Of a DNA stretch of 64,000 bases, positions 43,791 through 57,845 are shown piece after piece (positions within the stretch are counted from its first letter, which is position 1; each line of letters opens with the position of its first letter). The notes under the pieces are model-generated. The model saw nothing but the letters and a program-made list of their open reading frames with translations. It was not told the DNA's origin and searched no databases. The stretch comes from Macrostomum lignano (taxonomy: Eukaryota): the NCBI GenBank assembly GCA_002269645.1, contig NIVC01001608.1:1-64000 (forward strand), given 5' to 3'. The position numbers were made by a program, and so were the translations under genes.

Positions 43791-45334
43791 TGGCACTGCC
43801 CTCAGCCCTCTAGTTGTTTTGTTTTTACATAGCTAAGTTTTTGGGCAAGGGAATTTTCACTGTGCATGCAGCTTCAGGACTGAGGCAACCTCGTTTTGTC
43901 AGCCTAATTTTCTCTTCTCTAGCCTTACTGAATTTCTGCATCTCTTCTCTTCTGTTAACCTACCGACAGATAAAAACTAAAGAACTTACTACGTGTTGTT
44001 GGTTTGGCGTCATCTGTTGCTATCGTTTGCTACATCTGAGTACTCGCTTTATTTATAGAAATTGAGTGCAAGCCGGGGCTGTACGCTCGAATTCGGAAAG
44101 TCGTCTCACTTAATCTGCTTAAACTCTCTTCTCAGTCTGAGTACGAGCTACAGAGTTTGGCTTGGGGTCCAGAGAAAAGGCTCTGGTCTACGCAATTGCT
44201 GGCTGTTTCAAACAACAACAGACTGAAAATATCTGAAGGCATCATTTTTACCTTTAAAAAACAGAATCTTTCATTGGCGACGCTTGTCAACTACTGTCAG
44301 TAGCCAAAAATGAAGTTAATACATGTAATAGCCAGTCTTCCAGCAAAGACTGCATGTTTTACTCTCCGTTCTTCTGTACGTAAGACGTGGACACTGACAT
44401 CCTTGGACTCGCCGCACTCGGTGCTGCTCAATGCGACCTTCCAAAACAAACGAACAAAAACGACGGGAGTCAGGTCGAGAGGTAAAGAGTAAAAAGTAAG
44501 AAGTAAACACTCGGAATGCTTAGACACGTTTTCTAAGCCTACATGTATTTTAGTTGCAGAAAGAAGTAGCAAAAGCAGTCTGAGACAATTTTTTGGCTTG
44601 AGGTGATGAGGATTTGGAGGCATTATTGTTAAAAAAAACCACTCGCTATTTTTGTATTTATTGGGTTCTAAATCGCTCTATGATTATAGTTTCATCATGA
44701 GGGGCCAATTATTACTCTGATCCCGCATGTTTGGTGTGGCGTCGCATGCAAATCAACTGTACGCCACTGGGAACAATGATTGAAGTCTGGGAATCAGTGC
44801 TGTAGGGCAAAGCGCTCCGTTCAATTATCCGATTGCATGCACTCAAGCCCTCCAAAATGCAAAATTTCAGGAAAAAGTCCGCTCACTACAGAAACTGGAA
44901 GGTTAATTCTTTTCGCCACTATTTATACTTGGAGAAGTGAGTAGGGAATAAAAAATAAACAAAAGCAAAGGAATGCAATAGATGGAATATTAACCATCTA
45001 GATAATCAATTTCACGAAGACTTACAAAATACTTTAACTTGTTGGGGATGAAGAGTGTACCTTTTAAAGAGATGATTTGCATCGAGTCTCACTTCTACGT
45101 ATCGTCAGCTGATTAGAATGATGAACGCATTATCAATCAATATACGCTCGTATATCAGTTAAAATGTATAATTGTATCACTTTTAGATACTTGTACACAA
45201 ATTAAAAAAAATTGAGCAAACTAGAAGTAACTTTTCCAGGAGTTTACATGTACACAGCGTATTTCAATTCTCAGTTGCAACAACCTTGCATAGCATGCAT
45301 CAGACACGCCAGACTGCAGAGTCACCCGATGAGC

Positions 45335-45760
45335 TCAGCCCTGTTTTGGTTGGTACGGCGGCGGAGGGTAGGCCGTGTCAGGCGGCTGCGACACACCAGC
45401 AGGTGGCGGCAGGTTCCAGCCACCCGTCGACGGGTACGCCTGCTGGCTCTGGTTATAGGCTGGCGGATAGTTCTGCTGCGGGTAGAATGCCCCGCCGCTG
45501 CCACCGGCTGACTGCACCGTGCTGATCGAGGCCATGCCGTTTCCAGCTGGTTGAACGCTTCTCTTCTTCGAGGACTGGCAGTAGCAGCAGAGGAACACAA
45601 TGAGCCCGATTAGCAGGCCGAGGAAGGTCAGGCAGCCAATAACTGCACCGACAATGCAGGAGTATGAGCAGCTATAGAAATAGTAGTAATAAGCTTCAGA
45701 GCCAGGTAATAAAAGCAGGAAACACAGGAACTCAGTCAGCAGCAGCAGTTCGGCCTTCAT
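45335..45760 (-). CDS. Tyr-rich PPxY membrane protein, paralog 4 (141 aa, minimal ectodomain)
   Basis: Signal peptide, YYYYFYSCSYSC, TM, CCYC, PPAY and PPPY. Confidence 0.8.
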   Translation of the reverse strand: MKAELLLLTEFLCFLLLLPGSEAYYYYFYSCSYSCIVGAVIGCLTFLGLLIGLIVFLCCYCQSSKKRSVQPAGNGMASISTVQSAGGSGGAFYPQQNYPPAYNQSQQAYPSTGGWNLPPPAGVSQPPDTAYPPPPYQPKQG

Positions 45761-48149
45761 GATTATTTTGATCGGTTAAAAATCGAGCGCTGTTCTTGAA
45801 ACCTACGGGCAAGTTTTGAGGACCGTAGATTTTATTTGTGCAGTTTATAGTTCTGCGAGCCTCTGTTTACATAAAAAGAAGCCCCTCTTATACCATTCTG
45901 TCAACAGGTTTGCTTTTTCTGGACTATATGCAAACCTCGAAAATGAACGAACTCGTCACACAGCTGCACAACAATTACCTCTCCATCTTTCGTCTCTCCT
46001 TTCATCGCTTTTATTTGTTCAACAACGCTTGAACTCGTACATTTAACTTTGAGACGGAAAATATTCTACCAACCTATATGGCGATGCGTTTACGACTTCA
46101 TTCCTGTCTGCCTACAGTATGCGGTCGAAGTATGCGTACATTTATCCGAAAACAAAAGAAGGGGTAAACTATACTGTTAAACGCGTACATACAATTTACC
46201 ATTTAAACACGTCATGCTGTATTTGTCATGTGATTTGATTAGTGCAAGATTTGTCGTATTTTTCCATACCATGCTTTTCAGATGAGAACATGAACTAGCT
46301 ACCTCTGTAAAATTTGAAGCACATATGTGCATTAATGTATACTCGTAGTAGTACTGTAGTTGCAATATATATCCAAGTGTTTTAACTTTCCTGCCTACCT
46401 ATCCATACATGTACTACTCAGAGTAAGTTGGCATTACAAGGTTTTTGAGTCCAAGCAAGAATGTGAATATATGAGTGGAAGCATTATTATTGTTCCGGCA
46501 AATATGCTTCCGAAACAGACAATTTTGATAGCCCTATCGGAACTTTGTTCAAATTAAACGTGCTCTGTCACTTTTTAATACGCGGCATTTTTGCTGCATA
46601 ATTTTAGCAATTTTATGAAATCCCCCCTATTATCTACTACCCTTCAAACATGCTTTTTGCTTATAAAAGAAAGTCCCCAACCCTGAGAATCCAGGTCCCT
46701 CCGCAAAATATGACTCATCAAAGATTCGTACCAATTACGCCCGCCTATACTCAATCGATTGACGCACACCGACGTTCATCGGGCCGCTGTGCGCGACATT
46801 CAAAGCACACGTCGCTAAACAGCAAAGTACATGTACACACTGTACGTCACGTGTATACGCGCGTTGTTATTAGGTCGCTCAATTACTCATTCTATCATCG
46901 ACATCGCAGGATGTCCGAAGAAGCCTCCGCTACCGCAACCGACGTCTCGAGATTTTTACATATTATAAATTCCTTAATCCGAAGATTACCATGGTTGCAG
47001 GATATATCTTGATATCAGTATTTGTCTCTGTATGAGAGATACCTGGCGGCTAAAGATATAGTTCTCAAGCGCCAGAACCGAAACACTGACACTTGAATGC
47101 TCGAACCGAGATTACATAAAATTGCAAAGCCTTCCCGTATTTGCACGTTTGACCCTTATTTGAGGAATATCAACAGTTAGGCTTTTCATATTACCGATTC
47201 CAGAACCAGAATCGGTTCGAAGCTTTTCATATTGTCTGTTCCGTTTTCAGAATCGGTTCCAAAACCGTGTTCTCGTTCTGGAATTTGGATCGCGAAGTTT
47301 TCTCGATCCGATGTCATGTTTACACTTTAACAGTAAAATATATTTGAAATCGTAATTTTTTAATTATTGGTATATATTATTCCGTTTTTTGTCATATCCA
47401 AGAGGAAACAGTCAAGGAAAGGCAAAATTAAATTGTATAGACTGACAAACATAAAATGGGTTCGAAGCTTTTCATTTTCCCACCGATTCTGGTTCTGGAA
47501 TCGGAATTGTTCTGGTAATAGGAATCGAAATAGGAGATTAGGAAGAATTATTATGTTTGCATTGCTCTTTTTATATAAAACTGTGAAATCTTTACTGTGA
47601 AATCTTTACCCTAAAAGTAATCAAAGAAGAAAGTAAATTCCACCTCTATAATTCGATGTTGTTTTACTATGTAAAAATCTAATTTAAAAGCGTTTTTTGT
47701 TTTCTTTCAACTTTAGGATATGCATGCATGCTGCACTGCCTGCACAAATTTTTTTGCACCGCCAGGGCTCAGTGTCATCGTCACATTGTGTCAGTGGCAG
47801 CGATCTTATCAGTAGAAGAAGTACCAATCCGTAACGATCTTATCCTGATGATGAGCTGTCATCCTCCGTAAACACTTGTCATTTGTCGGTTTTGACAGTT
47901 TTATACATAAAGCCATAATTGATTAATAATCAAAATCATAACTGATACTTCTAATTTCTATTGCTCAGTTGATAATAGTTTAAGTAGGCCTATAAAGTAC
48001 TTGGTGGCCTGTGGCTTTGAATATAAGAGTATTGCCATGACTAGGCCCCCTAGGCCTACTACCTGGGCTGGGCCTATCATATAATATTCCAGTTAGGCCT
48101 ATGTAGAATGCAGCCATAGTCAGGAAGGTGGCCTCTGAGGGGGAAAATT

Positions 48150-48272
48150 CCCGCGCACACAAAGGGTTTCGGCGCACATTGGCGCACAAGTGCGGCGCAC
48201 ACAAAGGGTCTCAGCGCACATTGGCGCACAAGCATGGCGCACACAAAGGGTCTTAGCACACATTGGTGCATG
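48150..48272. repeat. About 3 copies of a ~43-nt unit (gcgcacacaaagggt..gcgcacattggcgcacaag)
   Basis: Direct tandem copies. Confidence 0.8.
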
Positions 48273-48707
48273 CAGTAGGCCTAATTAGTCAAAAAATTTC
48301 TAGGAATCCAGGTACTGAATTATCCAATCCAATTAGGCTTATATCCAAGACCAAGGCTTAGATCCTTTGTATATTATTTGTATTATTAGATGTTATTTTG
48401 CTAAACTATACTTTTTCAACTTTTTCAATTTGACCATAATTTAGCATGCAAATAAAAACTTTTATTTCATAGGAAACCTTGCAAATGCATAAAAAGATAG
48501 CTAAAATATAGTCTACACTGAGCACCTTTGTTAAAAAGAACACTTATTTTAAAAAACATTTTGTCTAATAAAATAGGCCTATATGTAATTTTGATAAGAT
48601 CATAATTTTATTCTATGTAATAAAAATAAAAGTGTACTAGGTCTGTTAGCTCTGTCTTTCTAGAATCCTAACTGTTGGCCTTTGCCTAGTCACTTTTCTT
48701 ATGAGCT

Positions 48708-48961
48708 GCCACGCGAAGGGTCAATGCAAAGATCCTCGCAGAAAATAGATAAAACAAAAATTAAAACACAAGATAGGGCAACAAGGGGAACAGCCATGGG
48801 AACAGAGACAGGACTGGGGAAACAACCAAAGGGGCAGGCCACGGACAGGCAATGACAATAAATTTTGTCATTGGAAGGGGAAAGAGTAGGAAAAAGGATT
48901 TGCAAAAAGTTACTGCCAAAATTAATAGTCACAAAACTTCGTGGTAGACCATAATACCACA
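48708..48961 (+). repeat. Dispersed repeat, copy 1 (possible LTR part)
   Basis: Colinear with 62309-62532 in the same orientation; ends ..ccaca and is followed by PBS-like tgcgcagcgg. Confidence 0.7.
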
Positions 48962-50485
48962 TGCGCAGCGGCGCTAGATTAAGGGTAGCAGAGAAAGCTC
49001 AACCCTGAGCTTCAAGGGTGCCGGCCACAGTGGGCAGGCGAGTGGCCTCCTCGATTAGCTTGGCGAGCACTGCGGGCATGGTTGGAGCTTGCAAGATATC
49101 CTTGATGGCATAGTTGCAGAAATGATACAGGCAATCCTCAGCCAAGCATAGAGGCATAGTCGACGCCTAGCACAATCATAGCAGCGATTTGGCAAAGGCC
49201 TTGGCAATCTCAGGAGCTCCCCAGGTGTAGTGGTCAATAGGCGGCATGGCGCCTCTAAACATTGGATCAATAGAGATTGCAAGCCAAAGGTTATACGTGG
49301 CACGGAGAATTTGTATGAACATGAAATTCAATGATTTCAAAATTACAAACCGGGGCAGTGAACAATTAAAAGAAATAGAAAAGGTTGACTTATTTAGTCT
49401 TATGGATGGCCAGCCAATGAACATGGGAAACCAGCCGCCAAAAAAGAAGGGGGGCATATACCCCTGCACTCTAAAGGCACGTAGAGGTGGGGTGGGTAAG
49501 TTAAACAAAGAGCAAAAAAACAGATAACTGCCAGGTGGGGGCCCAATTAGAATTTTAAAGGGGGAAGGCTGTAAGGCTCACATTAATCAGGTATTGCAGT
49601 AAGAAGGCAGAGCCTTACATAGAATTTAGATATTAGAAATAGTAGAAGCATCTCCTCCTTGATTAAATTGCAAAATGGAAACTAACATGATGGCCAAGTT
49701 ATCATACAGAGATCTCCATAAGGAGTTACAGCAAATGGGGTAGAATAAAAAGTGCTGGAAAACCAAGCCAAAATAGGGGCCCTAACAAAATTTCCCAGGC
49801 TCAGCATAAGCGGAACAAATAATAAATAAAAAAGGGAAGATTCATCCCAGGTGCCCTCTGCTGAGGACAAGACCTCGAGCCAGGGGTCTCTTGACCTGAG
49901 CAGGACAAAATAGCTAGTCATATAAGCAAATGGTTCGTAAATTGGAAGGATACCTTCAGTCTCAAGCTTGACTAGAAGGTTTACAGTTGATTGGGATTCC
50001 GCAAGTTAATGAATTGCAATTGAGCAATGGAATAATGTATTGCATGCTAATAATTTAGTGTCACATTGGTGCAGGCTTTTACCATCAAGCCTAAGGCTAA
50101 ATATCAAAATGCAGAGGTGCATGTCACATAGGATAAGTGAGCATGAGTACAAAATTTTACAGCTGCTTTTCTTCCTCAAGCATAAGGAAACAGGATATCA
50201 AAATGAATGTACATTGAATGCTGCTTTTGTCCGCAAAGCATAAGGAGAGAGAACTGCTTTTACCCTCAAGCATAAGGTGACATTAAAAGTACATTGAAAC
50301 AATGCTTTTATCCTGAAAGCAAAAGCAAACAGAAAAATAAAATTACCTTCAGCACATTAGCGGGTGCAAGAGAAGGTTTACAACAGCAATAAAATTAGAA
50401 ATGCATTCGCAGAGTTGACTACTTATAGTAATGTGCAACAATAGCAAATTACTAAGTGCAATATAAAATCGCTGGTAAATACCTT

Positions 50486-53400
50486 TTAGAGTTCCACCTC
50501 CATGCCGATGTCAGGCAGATCCAGGTCGCCCTCGGCGAGCACCTCCAGGTGGCGAAAGCTCAGCTCAAATAGCTGGCTGCCTCGCAGGTTGGGCGGAGCT
50601 GTGGCCGGCTGTTCTGGTGCGGGCTGATCAGCTGGATTGACTTCGCTATCTTCGCTTGACTCATAGGGCAACTCAGTCTGGCGCGGCGGCTCCTGTGGTC
50701 AGTCAGCCATTATCTGCAGCACCTTGATAATGTTGTTGCAATGTACCAACATCTCGGCTGGGTGTCCTTGCCGGGCTGTCGCAGGCCTAATCCAATATGC
50801 CACTTCTCCAACTTTCCTCACGACCTTGTACATACTCTTGTATGACCAGTGGAATTTGGGCAGCTCTCCCAATTCAAGCTTCAGGTTAGCAAGGCAGACA
50901 AGGTTGCCGGGCTGCAATTCCACAGGCTTTGGTCAATTCTTATAGTAGTACTCTTCTCGGCATTGGATCTCAGTCCTCAGTTGCTGTGGCACGATGCGCT
51001 CAGTTTCGGCCAGTCTGTGCTGATGCTTGGCAATGTACTCGGGGAGATTGGCCACTACGTCCAAGCGGTCTAGGGTGTTTTTGATAGGGTATCGATAGGG
51101 CACTCCGTAGACAACATTGTGCATCGAGAACCTGATCTTAAGGCAGTCAAAGTGGCTGGCAGCATTTTGGCCCATTGCTGATGATCTTCTAGGAGACAAG
51201 TGAGCACCTTCTTTATGTTCTTGTTACACAACTTGGCTTGTCCATTAGCCCAGGGCGAATATGGCGGCGTTGTAGTCTGCCGAATGCCATATACTTTGCA
51301 GAAATGTGAGAAATGATCAGAGTGAATCCATGCTGGGATTCCAGTGATTGGGAAAACTTTTTCCTGCAGGAGAGTTATTATCGTCTTGGTGCGCTGATTT
51401 TTCATGGCAAAGGCAAAAGGGTACTTTGACGTAGTGTCAACATAGATCAGGATATACTTGTTGCCTTGGTCTATTGGATCTCCAGTGGGGCCCAAAATGT
51501 CAATTGCGTATTGCCCATAGATTTTGCAAACTGGGAACAATTGTACATGCACTGGAATTCATTGCCATCCTTTGCTCTAAGTGCAGGTCTGGCAAGAAGC
51601 AACATAGTCAGACATGGCCTTGGCCAGGGCAGGTTGCCAGAATCTTTCGCACACTTTTGCAATGGTGAGGTCTTAGCCCATGTGTCCGCAGTAGGGCAAA
51701 CCGTGCAGGTCGGCAAACACAGTGGCATCAAGACACTTCGGCAGGATGATTTGTGCTGTCTCTTCCTCGCCAATATTGTTAAGATGAATCACTAGTAGTC
51801 CATCGTCTCGGACCTCGAGCTGCTCATAAAACGCTAGCAGATTTCGCTCGTCTCACATCATGTTTAATCGCTGATTTTGGCAGCTTTGGTTGTCAACTTT
51901 CTAAAAGGTTGATCACCATAGCGATGGCAGAGTCAGCACGCTGATGGATCTGGAGCTCCTCGCAGGTGATTGGCCTTGGGATGTGATCAGCCAGGTTCAA
52001 TGTTTGGTGTCTGTTAGCAGAACTAGTTGGTGCAGCTTTGGCTATGGTGACATGGTTCGGGGTCTGGAGCTCCCTCCGCATGATCGCTACTCTGGCCGGT
52101 TGCTAGGTTGTTGAAGAATTTGAAGGCCAATCCTCATCAGTCTTTTTGGCGTCACTGTCGGCAAAATTGGATTCATCAGCAGATGAGGGTGAGTCAGCAG
52201 AGCTGTCGGTGTGGATGCTGGATCTCATTTGTTTCTTGAATTTTGGGCAGCAAGTGGGTTGGCAGCAGTCATCTCTGACTACGCTGTGGTCGCTGTCCGT
52301 GTTGTCTCCAGCTAGTAGTCGGCGGCTCCTAGACAGGCAACATGTCATGCTACTGAAGCTGGTAGGCGACCTCTGCAAGTCATCGTAATGGATGGTTGAT
52401 GGCCTCGGCTTCATTCCTGGCGGGTCAACGGCTTCTTGCTTGGTAGAAGGCTAGGGTGGCTGTTGTTGTGGACCTTCAGCACCGTCCCATAGAGCTTAGT
52501 CCCATAGGCATAACATTATAGGTGATTTGTCCGCAGTGCAACATGGCAAAAGCAGTCAGATCTTGATCTTCTGGACGCAGAGGAATTTGATAGTAGTGGC
52601 TGTTCAAGTTGAAAGTGCTGAATAGCTGGCTTCCTTCGAGGCTGGCGATTGCTTCCTGGATGTTTGGAATCAGGTATAGAAAGTACTCGCATTTCTGGTT
52701 CAAACTCCAAAAATACTGTATAATTTGCAGGCTGCTGTCTTTCTTCGGGATGATTACCAGCGGGATGTTGTAGCTGGAAAAGCTCAGTCAAATCATGCCT
52801 TTGGCAAGCAGATCCTCAAGCAGCTGGTCCACCTTGGGCAGCAGATGTGGTGGAATCCTTTGGGTTAGCAGATATATAGGATCCTTGTCCTTCAATACAA
52901 TGTCATGGGTGACTAGGTGAGTTCGGCCAAGATTGTGTGGCCCCTGCAAGAAGATAGCCTTGTACTTCTTCAATAGCTTGATGACTTGAGTGTGCTGGTC
53001 ACTGTAGCTTGGGCAGTCTGATCAGTCTCGCTATCCCAACTAGGGCATTTGCTCAGACTTTGATCAATTTTGTTCCTCAATTAATCATCTCGACAGTGCC
53101 TTCTCCATTGGCCATAGATATTAGTGCAAGTGCGGCATCCAGGTGCTGCACATCTTCGCACCAAGCTGGTTTCAGCAGCTCGATCACAGCGGGTGTCCCT
53201 TAATTTTCTTCACGTCCTTTAGCTAGTTTAATCTTGATTCAGGCTGATGATAGCGGCGGCACGATTGTGCTCTTAGCCATGTAGATTCTGCACGTGGTAG
53301 CTTCGGTTCGCGTGTAGCAAAGTGGTGCAGCAGTGCCATCCTTGAAGAACAGCATCCTGGTGGCAAGGTCCAGTGAGGTACTATACTTCTCCAGGAACTT

Positions 53401-55341
53401 GAAGCCCAGGATGTTGTCATGCAATACTTTAGCTAGCAGAAACTTGACTTTTGGCTCAAAATTACCAATTTTAACTTTAATTGTTAGTTGGCCTGCCATT
53501 TGAATAGGCTCTCCATTGTAGGTTACAATGCACTGCAGGCAGGGCTCAATTTGGCCACATAGGGTTGGGTCATCGGTACATAGCTAGTGCCAAGTGCTGA
53601 ATCCCAGGACTTTGCACTTGGAGCCGGTGTCAAGCAGAAAAGCAAAATAATGCTCTTGAATCTCACCAGTTAGAAATGGATCCCTTCGTGGGCGCTTGAG
53701 TGCAGATGTCTATACAGGTGCAAGGGCAGTCTCAGCAGTCTCGGCAGGGACTTTAGTGCTGGCTCGGCTGCTAGATGGCCGTCCCATTTCTCAAGCTGCT
53801 GTTGCACTGGGATGCGGTGCTGGCCAACTGTCAGTGCGGGCATTTGTCAGCGCAATGCTTGTGGTTGCACCTGTAACACATTGCGTTCTGCCATCGCAGC
53901 TGATAAGGCGGCAGGCGCAAACTTTACTGTTACTGTGGCTGTTGCTGCTGCTGCTGTTGATGTTGACCTCCTGCTGGTGGCGTCCTTGGTGGCAGGTTGC
54001 TGCCGGCTCATGGTTGCTGAAGCTGATAGAACTGGTCGTGCTGCATGTGCTGCAATTCACGTGCTGCAATTCATGTGCCTGGTGTCCTATATTAGGCGCT
54101 CTCATCAGCGCTGTGGCAAGGAGTCGAGGGCACCAAACATTGGTTGCATTGTACTCTAGTTGTTAACTGACCGTCGTCATCCTTGAGAACCCGGACATGT
54201 CTCACTGCTGGTGGCAGTGCTACTTGCTGAGCCAGGCTAGCTGCTGTTTCCAGGCATAGCATAGCCCTTCTCGCTGCAGTCAGATTCTGCGGTTGAACCA
54301 GATTAGCTGCTCTCTGGCTGGCTGGGCAATTTGTACTCCCACGGTAAACTAGTCCACCAGCTCAGCCTGCTTCTGAACCGGGATAAAGTGCAGAAATGCT
54401 CTTTCGGCCAGAGCCATTAGACAATCACTGTAGTCGTCCATGCTCTCATTCTTTGCTGGCAGCATTGGAATTGCTCGCGGTACTCCAGTGTGTTGGCCTC
54501 GTGCGTGAAGCGCATGGACAATCTCTGCTTGAATTCGCCAGACATCAGATTGTCTGGCAGTTCCATCCTGATGACTGCGGGATAGGTTGTGGCAATGTCC
54601 AGATTCAATAGGACTTCTGCCTTACGTCGGTCATCCCATTGAGCTCGCAACACTCCTTGAGAGCTTGGATCTAGACGTCAAAGTCCTGGTTCGCAGTGTA
54701 CTGCTGGATCTTGACCAGTTTCGGCGCTGGAGCTCAATCCGGCTATTGGGGTGGCTGATACACATGATGATAGTGTTGTGGCTGTCCCAGACTGGTCTGT
54801 TCCAGATGCCATCGCACCTCTTCAGTCACTGCATGGATCATCTTGTTGTAGGTTGGCCTGGTAGTTGAATTGTTGGGGCCTGCGGCATCAGCTGTCGCGT
54901 CCGCGGCCATTGAGTTAGTAGTCAAAGCCACTACGTAGATTCTGAACGATGCATTGAATGGTTTTTGGTGTTTTGTATCTCACTTAGCTGACCACCAGTG
55001 AGGTGGGGTGGAGAAAAGAAAATAGGAAAGTGGATTAATTTAAATTTAATCTCTTTTGAAATCAGTCAGTTTGCTGATACCAATGAGGTGGGCGGTTTTA
55101 ACTTTCAAATTCCGCCTTTGTAATCATGGCACACGTAAAGCCAGAAAATGTCATCGTATATGGATACTCCGTCTGCCGGGTCCTCAATTCCAAGGGAAAG
55201 GTAGTCGTAATCGTAGTTGTGCGGTCTTGAGCAGGCACGGTCGTTTAGTTGGTAGACTTGACTTGATGGTCTAGACACTGCAATTCTGTTTTCTGAGTTT
55301 CTGAACTGATTACTTTTAGTAGAGTAGCGCTGCCACTACCA
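50486..55341 (-). mobile_element. Decayed Ty3/Gypsy LTR retrotransposon (gag-PR-RT-IN), single putative 5' LTR
   Basis: Putative LTR about 54999-55341 ending CA, then PBS TGGTGGTCAGC; gag fragments 54931-54417; protease FLLDTGS about 53630; RT fragments 52973-52476 (GRTHLVTHDI, QIPLRPED..TAF, MPMGL); integrase 51773-50700 (AIDILGP, YIL..VD..SK, IHSD, PPYSPWANG). Many stops and frameshifts; YxDD and RNase H not found. Confidence 0.9.
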
Positions 55342-55614
55342 TAATTTTTTATTATGAAATGTTGAGATCTCAGAGCTCGTTTGGAGTTGAGACTAATTCG
55401 GTTGTTTAATGCCCAGCAGGCAAATAACTCAAGATAAACTATTAAGGGCTTCGATTGATTAACATAAAAAAGTAATGAGCAGGTGACTTAATTATTTATT
55501 AATTTGTCAACAGATAGTTTAGCTACAAAATGAGAGTTATCTGGCTGTGCTGAGGTGCGGAATAATTGGAGTTAATTACGTAAAGGCGGTCACTATTAAG
55601 GTCTAAACAATATC

Positions 55615-55637
55615 CACCTATATACTAAATTTCTAAA

Positions 55638-55675
<38 letters not shown>

Positions 55676-56050
55676 GGAATTTCACTCTACAGATTGAATG
55701 CCTCAACCATTTTTAACCACGTTTTCTGCAAAACATTGCAAATTGTCCAGCCATTGTACCGATAAAATTTCTTTAATTTGCTTCAATGATAAAGGTATTA
55801 AATATTCGAAAAATGAGTTTTACCAATACTTTCAATAGGAGGCTAGAAAAGGTCAAAATCTTGACTGACTGAATTTCAATTCCAATTGAGATTGCGCCAT
55901 AGCAATTTTCTCTCTCCACTGTGTAAGCTTCAATACTGGCTGCAGTGTGCAAGAGAGAGAAAAAATGTTCAGTGGCTGCGTATATACATTCTGACCCTGG
56001 CTGACTGGCGGACTGCATAGACCATTGCTATCTATAGATTTCACTCAATT
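55615..56050 (+). mobile_element. Possible non-autonomous Helitron-like repeat
   Basis: ctatatactaaatttctaaag followed by (tctg)n; internal block 55860-55910 resembles 58420-58470. Confidence 0.3.
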
Positions 56051-56150
56051 GTGCATTGGCTCTGCCTGCGCACTGAGCAGCCTATCACTGCTATGTATTT
56101 GACTGCAATGCCGAAGCTTATATTGCTGATCTTCTTGCCTTTTCCATTAA

Positions 56151-56225
56151 TAGGCGGAGTAGCCACACTGTAGGCACTAGGTTTAGGCTAGGCGTAAGGT
56201 CCCAGGTTCAAGTCCACCTTGCTGT
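56151..56225 (+). mobile_element. Degenerate tRNA-like SINE head
   Basis: Starts ggcggagtagc, like the 9898 copy; B box ggttcaagtcc. Confidence 0.4.
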
Positions 56226-56234
56226 GAACAAATA

Positions 56235-56540
56235 AGTTTTAATTAATTAATTTTTATTTGTAACTTATGCATCGACCAATTGAAACATCTTTCAATTAGT
56301 AGCAATTGGAGAATTTTTTATTAAGTAGCAATTAATTATTTTAATTAATTTTTATTTGTAATTATGCATTGACCAATTGAAACATCTTTCAATTAGTAGC
56401 GATTGGAGCATTTTTTATTAAGTAGCAATTAATTATTTTAATTAATTAATTTTTATTTGTAACTTATGCATCGACCATTGAAACATCTTTCGATTAGTAG
56501 TGATGGGAGCATTTTTTATTAAGTAGCAATTAATTATTTT
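56235..56540. repeat. Three direct copies of a ~100-nt AT-rich unit
   Basis: tatgcatcgaccaattgaaacatctttcaattagtagc recurs three times. Confidence 0.85.
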
Positions 56541-56954
56541 TGCTAATCGGCACCAGTCACTAAGCAAATTTGATTTGTAAAACTGCTTCAAGTGTTGCTG
56601 GTCTCATCAATGGCATTGCTAATCCTGAGTTATGCTAAAGTCTGCCTATATGTATCAAATACTGATTAGTGAGTCGTACTAAATGCTGAGCAATTTTTCA
56701 ATTGTTGAAAGGATCATTGCAAGTTTACTGAGGAGACTGAGGAGCCAGCCAAGAGGAGAACTGCGCGCAGAATGTGTTGTAGAGGCAAAGCCTCTATAAG
56801 AGGTCAGAAATTCGAATCTGCTTTGAAGCAGAAATTTATCCCTGTAACTTGCGACAATAATGGTGTCTCCTCCAAAGCAGATTGATACAGATTTTTTTAA
56901 ATCTTCATTTAATGATGTTATTCCGGGACTCCATTAATCTTCTAGAGCGAAGGA

Positions 56955-57845
56955 GCGGTGCTTAATCTGGGGGAGTGGTGCTAATCTGGGGGAGCAGTGC
57001 TAATCTCGGGGAGTGGTGCTAATCTGGAGGAGTGGTGCTAAATTGGGGGAGTAGTGCTAATCTGAAGAGCAATGCTAATCTTGGGAGCGGTGCTAATCTG
57101 GAGAGTGGTGCTAATCTTAAAAGCAGTGCTAATCTAGGGAGTGGTGCTAATCTGGGGAGCGGTGCTATTCTGGAAGAGTGGTGCTAATTTGGAGCAAAGT
57201 GGGGCTAATCTGGGGTGAGGTAGTGCTAATCTAGGGGAGCGAAATGGGGCTAATCTGGGGGGAGGTAGTGCTAATCTAGGGGAGCGAAATAGGGCTAATC
57301 TGGGGTGAGGTAGTGCTAATCTGAGGGAGCGAAATGGGGCTAATCTGGGGTGAGGTAGTGCTAATCTGGGGGAGCAAAATTGGGCTAATCTGGGGGGAGG
57401 TAGTGCTAATCTGGGGGGAGGTAGTGCTAATCTGGGGGGAGGTAGTGCTAATCTGGGGGAGCAAAATAGGGCTAATCTGGGGTGAGGTAGTGCTAATCTA
57501 GGGGAGTGAAATGGGGCTAATCTGGGGTGAGGTAGTGCTAAATCTGGGGGAGCAAAATGAGGCTAATCTGGGGTGAGGTAGTGCTAATCTGGGGGAGTGA
57601 AATGGGGCTAATCTGGGGGTAGTGCTAATCTGGGCGAGTCCTAATCTAGAAGGGAGTGGTATTATTTTGAGGGAGTAGTGCTAATTTGGGAGAGTAGTGC
57701 TAATTCGATAATGCTAATTTGGAGAAGTTGGTGCTAACCTGGGGGAGGAAAGTCTAATCTGGGGGAGTAGGGCTAATCTGGAGGGGAACTTGGGGAAGTA
57801 GTGCTAATCTGGCAGAGTAGTGCTAATCTGGGGAGAGTAGAGCAA
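56955..57845. repeat. Variable 17-21-nt minisatellite (gtgctaatctggggga)
   Basis: Dozens of gctaatctgggg cores with variable spacers. Confidence 0.9.
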
